This document shows positions 18,726-29,800 of a stretch of 64,000 bases of DNA, in pieces. The DNA is taken from positions 1 through 64,000 of IMG/VR virus record IMGVR_UViG_3300035698_035364; one strand, written 5' to 3'. Position 1 is the stretch's first letter. Each line of letters begins with the position of its first letter. This DNA is from a virus. A program made the translations under genes and the position numbers. The notes under the pieces were generated by a model, which did no database searches, was not told where the DNA came from, and was given only the letters and a program-made list of their open reading frames with translations.

Positions 18726-21700
18726 ATGACATCAGCTAGAGATGTTTATAGTAGAACATATGATACTCCCGATTTGTATCGGGAGGACATACGAGAAGTA
18801 GTTGCCCGATGGAATGATCCTACACATAATTTGTTTAGGGGTAATCCTGATGCGACATGTCAGGGGCAGACAGCGGCTATTAATGCTGGTATTGTGGAAT
18901 TAAGATGTTTTATTAATAACACTTGCCCGTTCTTTTTTAGCAATTATCAGGAAGAAACTGTTATTTTTAATGATAGAACTTTAGCCCGTATTATGACGGA
19001 TTTCCCCGATGAGGCTAAAACTGCGTTGACTACTACTAGTGGAGTGGAGGGGTTGTTTTTTGGGCCTAAGTATGTGTATAGAAATAATTATATTTATCAG
19101 CTTAAACCAGAAATAATACGGAATGGTTTTAATGTTGGTTCAGATGTGTTGCAAAGTAATACTAGTAGTAATATTTTAGGTTCTTCTTTTAGTAGATACT
19201 ATGATGAAGTTATACAACTAGGCCACACCACTGCTACGGTAGGTGCTGATCATACTAGATATAGGGATGAACAATCATGGGTTGTAGAGCCTAGTGTATT
19301 TGATGGGTATTGTGATTTGTCGGGGGTCCCAGAATGCGATGATAAAGTGACATGGACTTATAATGATCATCCTGTATCGGAATCTGACGTAACAGAGGAA
19401 GATTTGCAGCTAGATTATGATGGGCAGTATTATATAGATTATAAAAATGGGGATACAAATAAGATTCAGTCCAAACATGTTCAAGTGCCAATTCAGAGGA
19501 GAGCATATTCTGATGATGGGCAGAGCGTTCATTGGAGACTGAAGAAAAAGACTCCTCTTTTCAAAGGAGAAGACTTTTTTATTAGATTTTTCAGAGGGGC
19601 GGAGGCTACTACAGTGAGTCTAAATGAGGGAGCCACTACTCCTGAGTTTTCTACTCCTGATTGGGGATATAAAGCATTAGACATTCACAACACTAATGAA
19701 GTTGTTTATGGTTATGATTCTAGTGGCTCCCCAAAGAGCCTTCCTATTAATTTCGCTGTTCGATCTCCTTCTAAGACAACATCTGGAGAAGGAGATCAGG
19801 ATAGTTCGCCATCGGAATCAGAAACTTTTAACTTTTATACGCAAGCATATTATATCGTTGAGTTGGGATATCAGGATCCTAGTGAAAGATATTTTATCAT
19901 AATTTGTCAGAGAAGTGATCCTATTTTTGTTAATATACAAAATGGCATTTCTAAAACGCTTTCTGTTTATGGCGGTGAAGGGTCTGTCAGTGGGAATAGT
20001 TTAATTAATGCCAAAGATTTCACGATGACAGTAAGAAATCATTTAGGAAAAATAGTTGTTTATTTTAACGTAGATGGGGAAGATAAGACTCCATGGATTA
20101 TTAAAAGAAGAGATTGGACGTTAGAATGGGATGATACGGCTGATGAGCCAGTTATAGAAGATAAATTTAGAAAGATGTTTGTCCCTGAAGGACGTATGTG
20201 TATTTGGGGGGGGAATGTATTATGCGGATTTAATTTTGGTCCTTTACAATATCATTCTCATGCTGTATCTTTTCTTTACCCTCCTGGAGGGGCATTGACT
20301 TACTTGGGCGGTTATGATGCTTTTTCCAATGCTAGTCCAATTGCTCTTAACTCGACTACGATGAAAGGAGCTTTTAAGACTAATCCATTCTTTTTGCCTT
20401 TTGGGGCCGATCATCATATTCTTTTGTCGTCATCAGATATTTATATTGAGGATTTGACTTCTGATGTTGTTTTTGTCCCTGGAGAGGCGTTAATTAAGCA
20501 ACCTTTGTTTACACAAGATGCTCAGTTTTATAGGGATTATCATGAAGTTAACGGGGCTACTTGGAGAACTCCTTTTAGATATGGAGGTTTTTTCTACGGA
20601 GAGACTTTGAAGGGATTCCCTGATTATAGTCCCGTAACTTATGCTCGTAAGTCTGCTTTAAGTGTGAAAAAGTATAAGTATCTTAACCATGAAAAAACAA
20701 GAAAACAAGCATTTGATTTAGTTATAGGGATGGAGACAGGGGACCATATTTTTACGGGGAGATCCGGAAGAGGTCTTTCTAGTAGTGTAGCAAGTGAGTT
20801 TAATGAGAAGCTTCAATATGGAGAGGCCGATAATAGATGGATTACTTTAGATGATAGCGAATGGTTAGTGGCACGTTGTAAAACTCCTATTCTAACTTCT
20901 TTAAGGTTAATTGCTGAACCTAGCCCTATAACTAGATGGCCGGACGGTTCTAGTATAGATCTTGGAGTGGCTTCTACTCCTTTCCATGGAATGAGTCCTT
21001 ATTTCTTAGATGCTACAGATAATGTGTTGAGTTATGGGGATAGTTGGGGTGCTAGTAGTTGGTATGAGATGGAGCATACTGGTAATATTAATTTCCTAAT
21101 TCATAATCAAATGAATGTGGAGAATAATGTTTCTGCTGCTTTGTTGTCTATGCAAAATAAAAGTTTTTATATAGAAGTATGGGCTGGTTATAGACCTTGT
21201 AGTTACACTAATGTTGTTGGCTTTTATAAGTTATTTACAGGATTATGCCATGGAGGGAAAGTTAATTATCAATACGGTAAAACTATAATGTCTTGTAAAT
21301 TAGAAGATTATACTACAGTTCTGAAGAGTATGAGATTTTTTAATTCTCCATGGTTTGATGGGCTGAAAGATATTAATGCTATTAATGAAATTGTGGAGAT
21401 GGCCGGGTTTAGAAATAAAGGCAAATATGATCCTGGCCGTTTAATTAAGAACTTATCTGACGCTGCTAGTAGACGCTTACCCCAAACCTTATTCCCTCAT
21501 TTTGATGGACGTTCTTTCTTAATGGAACCATATGCTTTGCCAAGTGGGTATAGCAGGCTAGAGCAACCGGGATTCAAATTCACTGATGGTGAGCCTTTAA
21601 TTGATGCGATTAATAAGATTTGTCAGAGATCTGGTAAGGTGTTCTATTTTGATCAGTTTGGTATAGCACATTATGAGGATTTGCAAGATAGAATAGAAAA

Positions 21701-22187
21701 AGATTATTTGGGCAAAATTAAAGTTGCTCCTATTTATGCTTTCACTACCAACCCAGATTATTATACAGGCCAGTTAGTTTTTAATGAGGTGGAGAGGGGT
21801 TATGAAGTTGAGGGCATTACTAACCATATTAAAATTCTAAGTAACACTCCTGATTTTCATCTTTTAATACAGGATGATTTAAATTGGAGTTCTATGGATA
21901 ATCCTGCCGCAGAGGGTTTTTTGGGTTATTTGAAAACATTTTATCAGCAAGAAGGTATGTTTGGATCAATAGAAGCTGTTAAGGCAGCAATAAGAAAATA
22001 TAGAGTAATGTGGCGTCCCAAAGTTAATTTGACTTTTGAAACTTATGGGATCCCATTAAGAGCTAACGATATTGTTTCGTTAGATGGTGAGATAGTAAGA
22101 GTAATGAATGTTAGTCATAGTATTGACGCTGAGAAACAAGAATGGTGGATGGAAGTAGAATGTATGAGATACCAAGCTGTTCAGTAA
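18726..22187 (+). CDS. Baseplate hub/Tal-like protein (gp27/gpD-like C-terminal half)
   Basis: KLFTG...CKLEDYTTVLK...GEPLIDAINKICQRSGKVFYFDQFG...TNHIKI...LRANDIVSL...VMNVSHSI pattern of hub proteins. Confidence 0.7.
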   Translation: MTSARDVYSRTYDTPDLYREDIREVVARWNDPTHNLFRGNPDATCQGQTAAINAGIVELRCFINNTCPFFFSNYQEETVIFNDRTLARIMTDFPDEAKTALTTTSGVEGLFFGPKYVYRNNYIYQLKPEIIRNGFNVGSDVLQSNTSSNILGSSFSRYYDEVIQLGHTTATVGADHTRYRDEQSWVVEPSVFDGYCDLSGVPECDDKVTWTYNDHPVSESDVTEEDLQLDYDGQYYIDYKNGDTNKIQSKHVQVPIQRRAYSDDGQSVHWRLKKKTPLFKGEDFFIRFFRGAEATTVSLNEGATTPEFSTPDWGYKALDIHNTNEVVYGYDSSGSPKSLPINFAVRSPSKTTSGEGDQDSSPSESETFNFYTQAYYIVELGYQDPSERYFIIICQRSDPIFVNIQNGISKTLSVYGGEGSVSGNSLINAKDFTMTVRNHLGKIVVYFNVDGEDKTPWIIKRRDWTLEWDDTADEPVIEDKFRKMFVPEGRMCIWGGNVLCGFNFGPLQYHSHAVSFLYPPGGALTYLGGYDAFSNASPIALNSTTMKGAFKTNPFFLPFGADHHILLSSSDIYIEDLTSDVVFVPGEALIKQPLFTQDAQFYRDYHEVNGATWRTPFRYGGFFYGETLKGFPDYSPVTYARKSALSVKKYKYLNHEKTRKQAFDLVIGMETGDHIFTGRSGRGLSSSVASEFNEKLQYGEADNRWITLDDSEWLVARCKTPILTSLRLIAEPSPITRWPDGSSIDLGVASTPFHGMSPYFLDATDNVLSYGDSWGASSWYEMEHTGNINFLIHNQMNVENNVSAALLSMQNKSFYIEVWAGYRPCSYTNVVGFYKLFTGLCHGGKVNYQYGKTIMSCKLEDYTTVLKSMRFFNSPWFDGLKDINAINEIVEMAGFRNKGKYDPGRLIKNLSDAASRRLPQTLFPHFDGRSFLMEPYALPSGYSRLEQPGFKFTDGEPLIDAINKICQRSGKVFYFDQFGIAHYEDLQDRIEKDYLGKIKVAPIYAFTTNPDYYTGQLVFNEVERGYEVEGITNHIKILSNTPDFHLLIQDDLNWSSMDNPAAEGFLGYLKTFYQQEGMFGSIEAVKAAIRKYRVMWRPKVNLTFETYGIPLRANDIVSLDGEIVRVMNVSHSIDAEKQEWWMEVECMRYQAVQ

Positions 22188-22197
22188 GGAGTAAATT

Positions 22198-22443
22198 ATG
22201 AAGCATACAGGAAGACATATAGGTGCGAACCTGATAGATAATTCTTTCAGGAAGATGTTTAATACAAATAGGGATTATATTTATCAGGAGATATTTAGAC
22301 ATGGGAGTGTGGAAGCCCGTTCTCCTGAATATAGGAGAAATGGCAATATGGATTTCCATGGTTTGCAACTTACTAATTTCTCATCTGATTCTGATTTCGC
22401 AGGCTTCGGAACTTCTACTGCTTCTACTACTGTAGGGAGATAA
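22198..22443 (+). CDS. Small hypothetical tail protein
   Basis: 81 aa; AAGGAG RBS; fills the gap between hub and fibre-like gene. Confidence 0.55.
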   Translation: MKHTGRHIGANLIDNSFRKMFNTNRDYIYQEIFRHGSVEARSPEYRRNGNMDFHGLQLTNFSSDSDFAGFGTSTASTTVGR

Positions 22444-22446
22444 GTA

Positions 22447-25400
22447 ATGGGAACAACCAGATATTATGGCCTAGCCTTTTTTGATTTTAGTGATCAGTTA
22501 GATACTTCGCTAAATATCCAAAAAGAAATAGATCGTTTTGTTGTTATAGATAAACAGTTGTATGGAATGTACAAAGTGTTTGGCAATGGAGTTATTGAGG
22601 GATGGAATGTTTTAGATGCTGGGTTCCGGGATGGGGAAGGTATCACTGTCTCTATCTCCGAAGGTATTGGTATTATTAAATATTTGGCGGCAGAAACTAA
22701 CCTGCCAGGAACTCTTACAGGACTGCCTCCTAATAGTTTAATAGATATATATGTTACTTTAACAGGAACTACTTTATTAGATCGGGTTGTTGATTTTACT
22801 GCTTCTACTAGTGATATTTCTGTAGAGTTCGCTATTAGGATCGCACAGGTGGCTACAGGGGCCAATAGCATCCTTTATATAGATAATACGGTGAGGGATT
22901 TAATTGGTTTTGACGAGATTATACAAGACGCAATAGATGAGCATAGACACAGAGGGACTCCATCAAAAATTGATTTAGAGGGTGAAGTAAAAAATCAGCT
23001 ACCTGGAGCCAGAGTTGCCGATATTGATGCTTCTAAAATTACTAGTGGGACGTTTGGTATTGATAGGATCCCGTTAATTGATCATAATAATTTAGAAAAC
23101 AATGGGTTGCTTACTCATGCTGCGTTAGACTCTTTTGTTAAGACACTTTCTCAGAATAATAGAGAATTGTTGGGAGAGATATCTAGCACCAATTTGCTTA
23201 AGACTATTATATTCCTAAAATATCTTTATTCTAATGTGGACGAACAATTTGTCAATGAGTTGGCGATAATACCTGGAATCTCTCCGGATAGCTTTATTGA
23301 TTTTGATGCTAGTACTGCCAATATTAGTTTGACGGACCAGTGCATAAGCGGGATCCCTGCTCAAACAGGGTTATTTACATCGGTTTATTGGAATAACACT
23401 TTTTCTTTCAACAATTATTATAGTGAAAGTAATACCGTTATAGCTGATGATACAGTATCGTTGGAGAGGTCTGGCCAAAATATAGAAGTAGTAATGGATT
23501 TCAGTGATGGTCAGATTGGATTCGAGCCAGAGTTAATTGTAGTGAATGATGCTATGCAAGCGGTAGTGAGAGTGGAAGATGGTAATTTCTTAGGTAGGAT
23601 GGGTGGTGGCGGCACTCTTAACTATTTCTACAGAAGAAATTTTGCACAGGGTAAAAACTGGGATGGAACATATGATGAATTGGTTATAAAAGTAAAAACC
23701 AATGAACAGTTACATAGCCCTGTATATATGTATGTAGTGAATGGCTCTAATATTGATACTAGTGATCCTAATTCGTATGGGACTGTTGAGGACAGTAATA
23801 TAGCAGGGACAAAAAAACCCGCTACTTCTTGGATTATATTACAACAAAATGAGTTTATGGGAGATCTTACGGAGAAAGTGTTTGATATATCTAATCTGGG
23901 TTTGACTGATGTTACTCAAATTACTATTTATACTACAGATGATTTTACTTTTGATATTGATGATATATATGTGAGAAGAACTAATTTGATAGCTGATAGT
24001 GGAACTATTAGGTATAGATATCAAACAGAAGCAGATGTAGTTTTTCATTCTGTATTCTATGATGCTACTTCCCCTGATGATACAGGGATTGCTATTAGAG
24101 TTAAATCTGCTAGTTCTACTAGTTTATTATCTAGAGCAGCTTATTCTTTGCCGTTGGTGTCTGGGGATGTTATAGCCTTTTCTGGCACAGCAGTAGAAAT
24201 AGAAGTTCTTATGACTACTAATACTGAGAAGACGTTATCTCCTGCTCTGACCAACCTGGAATTAAGAATGCTTGTGGACTCTAGTTTCACAGGGTTTACT
24301 ATTGATACGGATACTGAATGGATTAGAGGGACATTAAATAATATAGAGACGGAATCTGCTTCTGAGGTGGGATATGATAATATAGTTATTTCCACTCCGA
24401 TTAATGTAGGTGGAAGGTATTTTGCCAAAAGTAGTTCAGTGAGTGAGATTAATGATGCGAATATAGGTGTTTTTGGATTTAGCGGTAATTTAATGCCTAT
24501 TGCTCCTAATCAGGCCAGGAATTGGACTATTTCTTCTTCACGGGGATTTGATAAGGTCTCTTCAGTCGTGAGGAAGTATGACAAAAACTATTTGATTGCC
24601 GACATGAACAATAATAGAGTGTTGGAGGTTGATAGTGGAGGTAATTTTATTAAGGGATTAGGATCCACATATTCTATTGACACTAATTTCTATCCTTTGT
24701 CGGCGGTGTACAATGCTACTACCCAAATGTTAACTCTTGTTTTCACTAAAGCAGCGATTGTAAGTGATATTACTAAAATAGCTTTTTATATTGGATCATC
24801 TAAATTGTCTTTGACTACTGACGATACTATCCAGACTCAGGACAAGGCAGGTAGAAAAGTTTTGGAGATTTTACTAGACGATGATACTGCTGTTCAATTA
24901 GTAGGTGTTACTACTGATTTATCGGTGAATTTCGATAATGGGGCATTTACTGAGACGCTTAATGTGAGTGCGGGTATGACGGCGGAGGGGAATAGTATAT
25001 TCAGCACGTTAAGAGGCCTAACTTGTTTCATAGGTGATTTCACCTTTGTTGATAATATCCGTCATCCTGTTTTTGTAGGGGAAACTAGTCAGGATAATTG
25101 GGTTGTGGCTAATTCGTCTATATTTTTTGGGGGAGTAGCGACTGGGGAAGAAGAGACTACTGTTCCTGATATAGTGGAGATTGATCCAGATGATGTCAGT
25201 AATACAACTGATAAACTTATTTCGACGGATATAAAGTTTTCTGATTATTCATTAGGTGGTATTTATGAGTACGAGGATAATAGATTTTTAGTAAGTGGTA
25301 TTGCGTCTTCTAACACTACACTTTCAGGTATCTCTGGGGAAGATTTATTGAGTGCATATGCAGATAGAGTCGATAGTGAAGGGAACTCTATCCCTGTTCC

Positions 25401-25713
25401 TGATAATGTGGTATTTAGAGCGGCAGCGATTGATGACTTGGCTAGTTATGCTGGTAGAGTGATGGTCTTAGACAGGGTAAATAATAGGAGTCAAGTGTTT
25501 TATACTTCTCCTGATGGGTTATATCCTTCGGATGTAGACGAGTATGCTAATGGGGATATTTTAGTGCCGGAGTCTAGTTTTGCAGACACTTCTGGCAGAT
25601 TGGTTAAGTTGGATAGTTTTGGTAATGTTACCTGGAATTATGGAGCTGGAACTTTCAACATAATTAATGATGCTAAGGTGCTAAGTGACGATAAAGTTAT
25701 TGTGAGCGTATAA
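22447..25713 (+). CDS. Tail fibre/appendage protein with N-terminal anchor and C-terminal NHL-like propeller
   Basis: N-terminus paralogous to the 45275 protein (GVIEGW); HRH and IDASKITSGT fibre motifs; YLIADMNNNRVLEVD blades. Confidence 0.65.
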   Translation: MGTTRYYGLAFFDFSDQLDTSLNIQKEIDRFVVIDKQLYGMYKVFGNGVIEGWNVLDAGFRDGEGITVSISEGIGIIKYLAAETNLPGTLTGLPPNSLIDIYVTLTGTTLLDRVVDFTASTSDISVEFAIRIAQVATGANSILYIDNTVRDLIGFDEIIQDAIDEHRHRGTPSKIDLEGEVKNQLPGARVADIDASKITSGTFGIDRIPLIDHNNLENNGLLTHAALDSFVKTLSQNNRELLGEISSTNLLKTIIFLKYLYSNVDEQFVNELAIIPGISPDSFIDFDASTANISLTDQCISGIPAQTGLFTSVYWNNTFSFNNYYSESNTVIADDTVSLERSGQNIEVVMDFSDGQIGFEPELIVVNDAMQAVVRVEDGNFLGRMGGGGTLNYFYRRNFAQGKNWDGTYDELVIKVKTNEQLHSPVYMYVVNGSNIDTSDPNSYGTVEDSNIAGTKKPATSWIILQQNEFMGDLTEKVFDISNLGLTDVTQITIYTTDDFTFDIDDIYVRRTNLIADSGTIRYRYQTEADVVFHSVFYDATSPDDTGIAIRVKSASSTSLLSRAAYSLPLVSGDVIAFSGTAVEIEVLMTTNTEKTLSPALTNLELRMLVDSSFTGFTIDTDTEWIRGTLNNIETESASEVGYDNIVISTPINVGGRYFAKSSSVSEINDANIGVFGFSGNLMPIAPNQARNWTISSSRGFDKVSSVVRKYDKNYLIADMNNNRVLEVDSGGNFIKGLGSTYSIDTNFYPLSAVYNATTQMLTLVFTKAAIVSDITKIAFYIGSSKLSLTTDDTIQTQDKAGRKVLEILLDDDTAVQLVGVTTDLSVNFDNGAFTETLNVSAGMTAEGNSIFSTLRGLTCFIGDFTFVDNIRHPVFVGETSQDNWVVANSSIFFGGVATGEEETTVPDIVEIDPDDVSNTTDKLISTDIKFSDYSLGGIYEYEDNRFLVSGIASSNTTLSGISGEDLLSAYADRVDSEGNSIPVPDNVVFRAAAIDDLASYAGRVMVLDRVNNRSQVFYTSPDGLYPSDVDEYANGDILVPESSFADTSGRLVKLDSFGNVTWNYGAGTFNIINDAKVLSDDKVIVSV

Positions 25714-25732
25714 ACAATAACAGAAGTAGTAT

Positions 25733-26830
25733 ATGAACAAAATAAAACTTAATTACGCAGCATTTATGAATCAAAGTGGGTATTCCCAGGCCGCACAAAA
25801 TTATATTTTGGCACTGGATAAGAGTGATAAATATGATATAAAATTAAGAATTTTTGGGGATAGGCCATCTAAACCCGCTATAAGCGACAAAAAGTATGAA
25901 CTTTTCATGAGCATGGTGAATAAGGATGATGATCCAGAAAGAATTTTAATATATCATTGTATTCCATATATACAGAAAAGAATAAAAGCGAAGGGGAGGA
26001 ATATAGGATTTGCTACTTTTGAGACGTTCAACCCTCCGGAAAAATGGATAGAAATCCTTAATTCTAATGATGCTATTATAGCTCCCTCTAAGTTTAATTA
26101 TAAGATTTTCTCTCATATGAAGATAAGAAAACCTATATTCTATTTACCCCATTGCATTGATATTAATGTGTATAATGCGGAAGTACAACCATTGAATAGT
26201 TACGATAGGTTTACGTTTTTGTTTATGGGTATTTGGAGGAAGAGGAAGGGATATAGGCAGTTGTTAGAGGCGTGGTTCAGAGAATTCACGGAGCAAGATC
26301 CAGTGCAACTGCTGATTAAGACAGATAAACCCAAACAAGCTCAGGGATATATTGACAAACTTAGGAAGGAAATGGGAATTAACAAAGGATTTGCCCCTAT
26401 TTTAATAGAAGATAAAATATTCGATGAAGAGACTTTGCCAAAGTTTATGAAGTCAGTGGATTGTTTGGTGTCTCCTACTATGGGAGAGGGATTTGGAGTG
26501 CCAGGGCTACAGTGTATGGCAATGGAAGTTCCCGTAATTATAACTAATTTTTCTGGCTGTCAGGATTATGCCAATGAAGAAACAGCAAATCTTCTAGAGC
26601 CAAATGGCTTTACTTTACAAAGCGATATGGATGGCATCCCTCAGTTCAGGAGTAAAAAATGGGCGTTTGTAGAGGTTAAGCAGATACAAAAGGTAATGAG
26701 ACGAGTATTGAGTCATCCTATGGAAGTAAAAACGAAGGCAAGAAAGGCATATACTTATGCCAGAGATAATTTTAATTATAATAGAATAGAAAATTTATTT
26801 TCTGAAATGGTAGAAGAGTTGTATGGCTAA
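25733..26830 (+). CDS. Glycosyltransferase, GT-B fold, family 4-like
   Basis: SGYSQAA; FTFLFMGIWRKRKG..LL.AW..EF; DCLVSPTMGEGFGVPGLQCMAMEVPVIIT (EX7E-like, second E replaced by Q). Confidence 0.92.
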   Translation: MNKIKLNYAAFMNQSGYSQAAQNYILALDKSDKYDIKLRIFGDRPSKPAISDKKYELFMSMVNKDDDPERILIYHCIPYIQKRIKAKGRNIGFATFETFNPPEKWIEILNSNDAIIAPSKFNYKIFSHMKIRKPIFYLPHCIDINVYNAEVQPLNSYDRFTFLFMGIWRKRKGYRQLLEAWFREFTEQDPVQLLIKTDKPKQAQGYIDKLRKEMGINKGFAPILIEDKIFDEETLPKFMKSVDCLVSPTMGEGFGVPGLQCMAMEVPVIITNFSGCQDYANEETANLLEPNGFTLQSDMDGIPQFRSKKWAFVEVKQIQKVMRRVLSHPMEVKTKARKAYTYARDNFNYNRIENLFSEMVEELYG

Positions 26831-29800
26831 GTTAATATTAAATCCTCAGTTTGGAACTATCAAAGATGCCAAATCTTTGAAATTCGAAGTGGATGGGCTT
26901 TCTCAAGGTAAATACAGCGTTAGAATAGAGAATGCCACTCATTCTGTGGATGGTGATGTAGATGGGTTTGAGGGGGTAGGAGGGGTAGTGAATCTTAACA
27001 TCCCTGAGGAGGCATCTCATTCTGCTATTTCTGTTTTTGCTCATATTCAGCAGAGGCAGGATGATGGCATATATAAAACTATTGAGATCTGCCCTACTAT
27101 TTTTAATGTTAAGGAAAAAGTTGGTAAAAAGTTTCCAGGTGATTTTAATATCAATCCTGTTTTTGCCAGCCCCAAAGATGTGTGTTCTATAAAAATTCAA
27201 TCTTCTTCTAATAGTAAGAGTATATTTTCTATTAATGATAAGAGATTCCCTGTGTTTACTGATGATAATGGGAATGGTTCTATCCATTTTAAGGGGAATG
27301 ATATCCTGGATAAGGATATAGGTTCGGTCCAAAAGTTTCCAGTTTATTTCTATACATCAGATGATAATTATGTAAGAAAGAATTTTTCCGGCTCGTCTCT
27401 GAGCATTCTACCTGAAGAAATCGCTATTCATCAAGAGGTTGATCCTAGATGTTTAGAGGCAGATTACTCTCCCGGATCTTGGACTATTCCTAATGAATGT
27501 TTAGAACAACCTGAGGTCACTATAGTAGTTCCTATTGCTCCGTATATTGATCCGTTAGGTATTCCTACTTCTTGTAAAGAGGGGAATATTACTATGGATG
27601 AAGTATGCCGTGTTTATAGTTCTTCAGCCACAATGTTACCTAATGGGGTTGTAATACATGCCTATACTAATTCTGATGTAGATGACGCTAATGATACTGA
27701 TGCTGAGGGATACAATAAGAATAAAGTATTTATCTCTAAGAATGAGAGCACATTGGATGTCCAGGCGATAACTAGAAGAGATGTTTCTATCGCCCCTAAA
27801 GAAAGAACTGAGAATTTTGAGATATATGTAGACCAAGATGTATATGAGGCGTTAGAAGGAGTGGCCGACATCTCTGCAAATGATATATTTGTAATTCTGT
27901 ATAACTCAACTATCGGATACCAACCAATAGAAATTATTGGAAGGGAGATGGACGACTATTTAGGTGACTACAAGTTAATTGGAGATGTAGGGGATACAAA
28001 TGTTAAGATAGATACTTGGCTATTTTGTGTGAATGCTGTGTTTTATCATGCTAATGAGGCTCCTAATATCGCATTTACCGCTACCGATACTGATACTATA
28101 TCTTTGCCGCATATTTTCAACCCCTCTGATAGCACTGAGATATTGCAGGTCTTGAATGTGTCAGTTACAGCTAATTCTAATTATGTTCGCAGATATGAGC
28201 CGGTTTATATTTATGTGGTGGCGGAAGTGTATCTGGGTGGCACGAATCAACTTTTTATGTATAATTTTAAATTAGATAAAAATACATATTTTGATAGCTC
28301 TGATACCTCAAAAGCATATGGATGGGTGCAATTAACATCGGTTGGGAATAATAAAAATCCTAAAATTAATATTGACTATGATGACACTTTACATGTGTTA
28401 TGGGAAAGTGATCGAAGCAATTCTAATCAGATATACTATGGAGTTTTAGGCAGCAATTATTTATCGTTAGGAAATACTACATTTTCATCTATGTTAGATA
28501 AAAATTCTGAGTCTTTAGAGCAGGAAAATAGATCGTTTACTGGTATATCTGCATCTTTATTAAGTAGGGTTATAGGAAGTGAATATGCTCCTATCCCAGA
28601 ATATGATACAGAAAGTTTAATTCCTGGATGGATGCTTCTGCAAAATGGTGGTGGGACGATATTGGAGACTGTAGGGAGTAAATATTTAGATGATCTATCT
28701 TTAACTGTTACTCCAGTTTCTCAGGGTGCTATAGCATTTGCTCAGTTGCAGATTGTTGCAAATGAGGATAATCAGCCAGAGAGTATGCCTGTGCCTTATC
28801 AGCAGTTTAATTATCAAATTGCTTTTAATATGGATGTAACGATTACTCAATCTAGTGATTTGATGATAGCATGGGATGGGACTGTTTTAGATAGTAAAGA
28901 GATAGATAATTTGTATAAAGAGTGGGAAATGGAGTATATAAGGGAGGTAAATGCGGAACTATCCAATACTCCTGTTTATGTTAAAGATTTTAATAGATTT
29001 ATCATAGGGAGAGATGATAGCATATATGATAAAATCATTCCGTTTGTAGGTGCTTATAATGGTAACAATCCTTCTATGGGTGATTTTCAGATCAACATAT
29101 TGAAGAATGATAATAATCTGAAAGATTTTACTTTTGGGCTAATGTTAGAAAAAACATATTTTAAGGCCACTAATATTCAGAGTGCTTTGGAATTTGCTGC
29201 AATTAATCCGGGGACTGGCAAGACATATGTTGCTGAAGAAGTGCATACTTTATATACGGGTAGGGCTAAATTAGTGGCGTTAGTTAAGACTGAAGACGTA
29301 AGCGATGACAGGTCTAATTATAAAGTAATCAAAGAGTTTCCAGAAGCTTTTAATATCACTATCCCTTCTAGTTATAAATTTGTAGTCACTTATACTAGTA
29401 TTGATTCTGGAGAAGTAAGGAATTTGTTGGGAAAAGAAGAAGGAGATTATCCTGGCCGATTTTTGGGAATGGTAACTTTACTAATAGGTGGAATAGAGAA
29501 ATTTTCTACTTCATTTATATCTAATCTTACTAATGACTATAACTATTTTGACATAGGTTTGGGAGTTCCGTCTGGGGGGTATTATACTGCTGATAATATG
29601 ATTCCTAGTGCAGTATCTCTCTATGATGATGTGTCTGTGAATATCCAATATAGTGATGTGACTATTACATCTCCTGAATACACTTACAATAGTGATATTT
29701 TAATGCTTCCTGATATAACTAAAGATATGACTAAGTTGAGGGTGGCATCTGAAAGTGATATTTCTGATCCTTCATGGATGTTCCCGACTTCTGAAATAGA

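Noticed and set aside
4332-22187. Contractile injection system (eCIS, T6SS or tailocin) rather than a phage
   Set aside because: No sheath or wedge genes recognised; a head-tail connector, G/GT frameshift, homing endonucleases and absence of host housekeeping genes favour a phage
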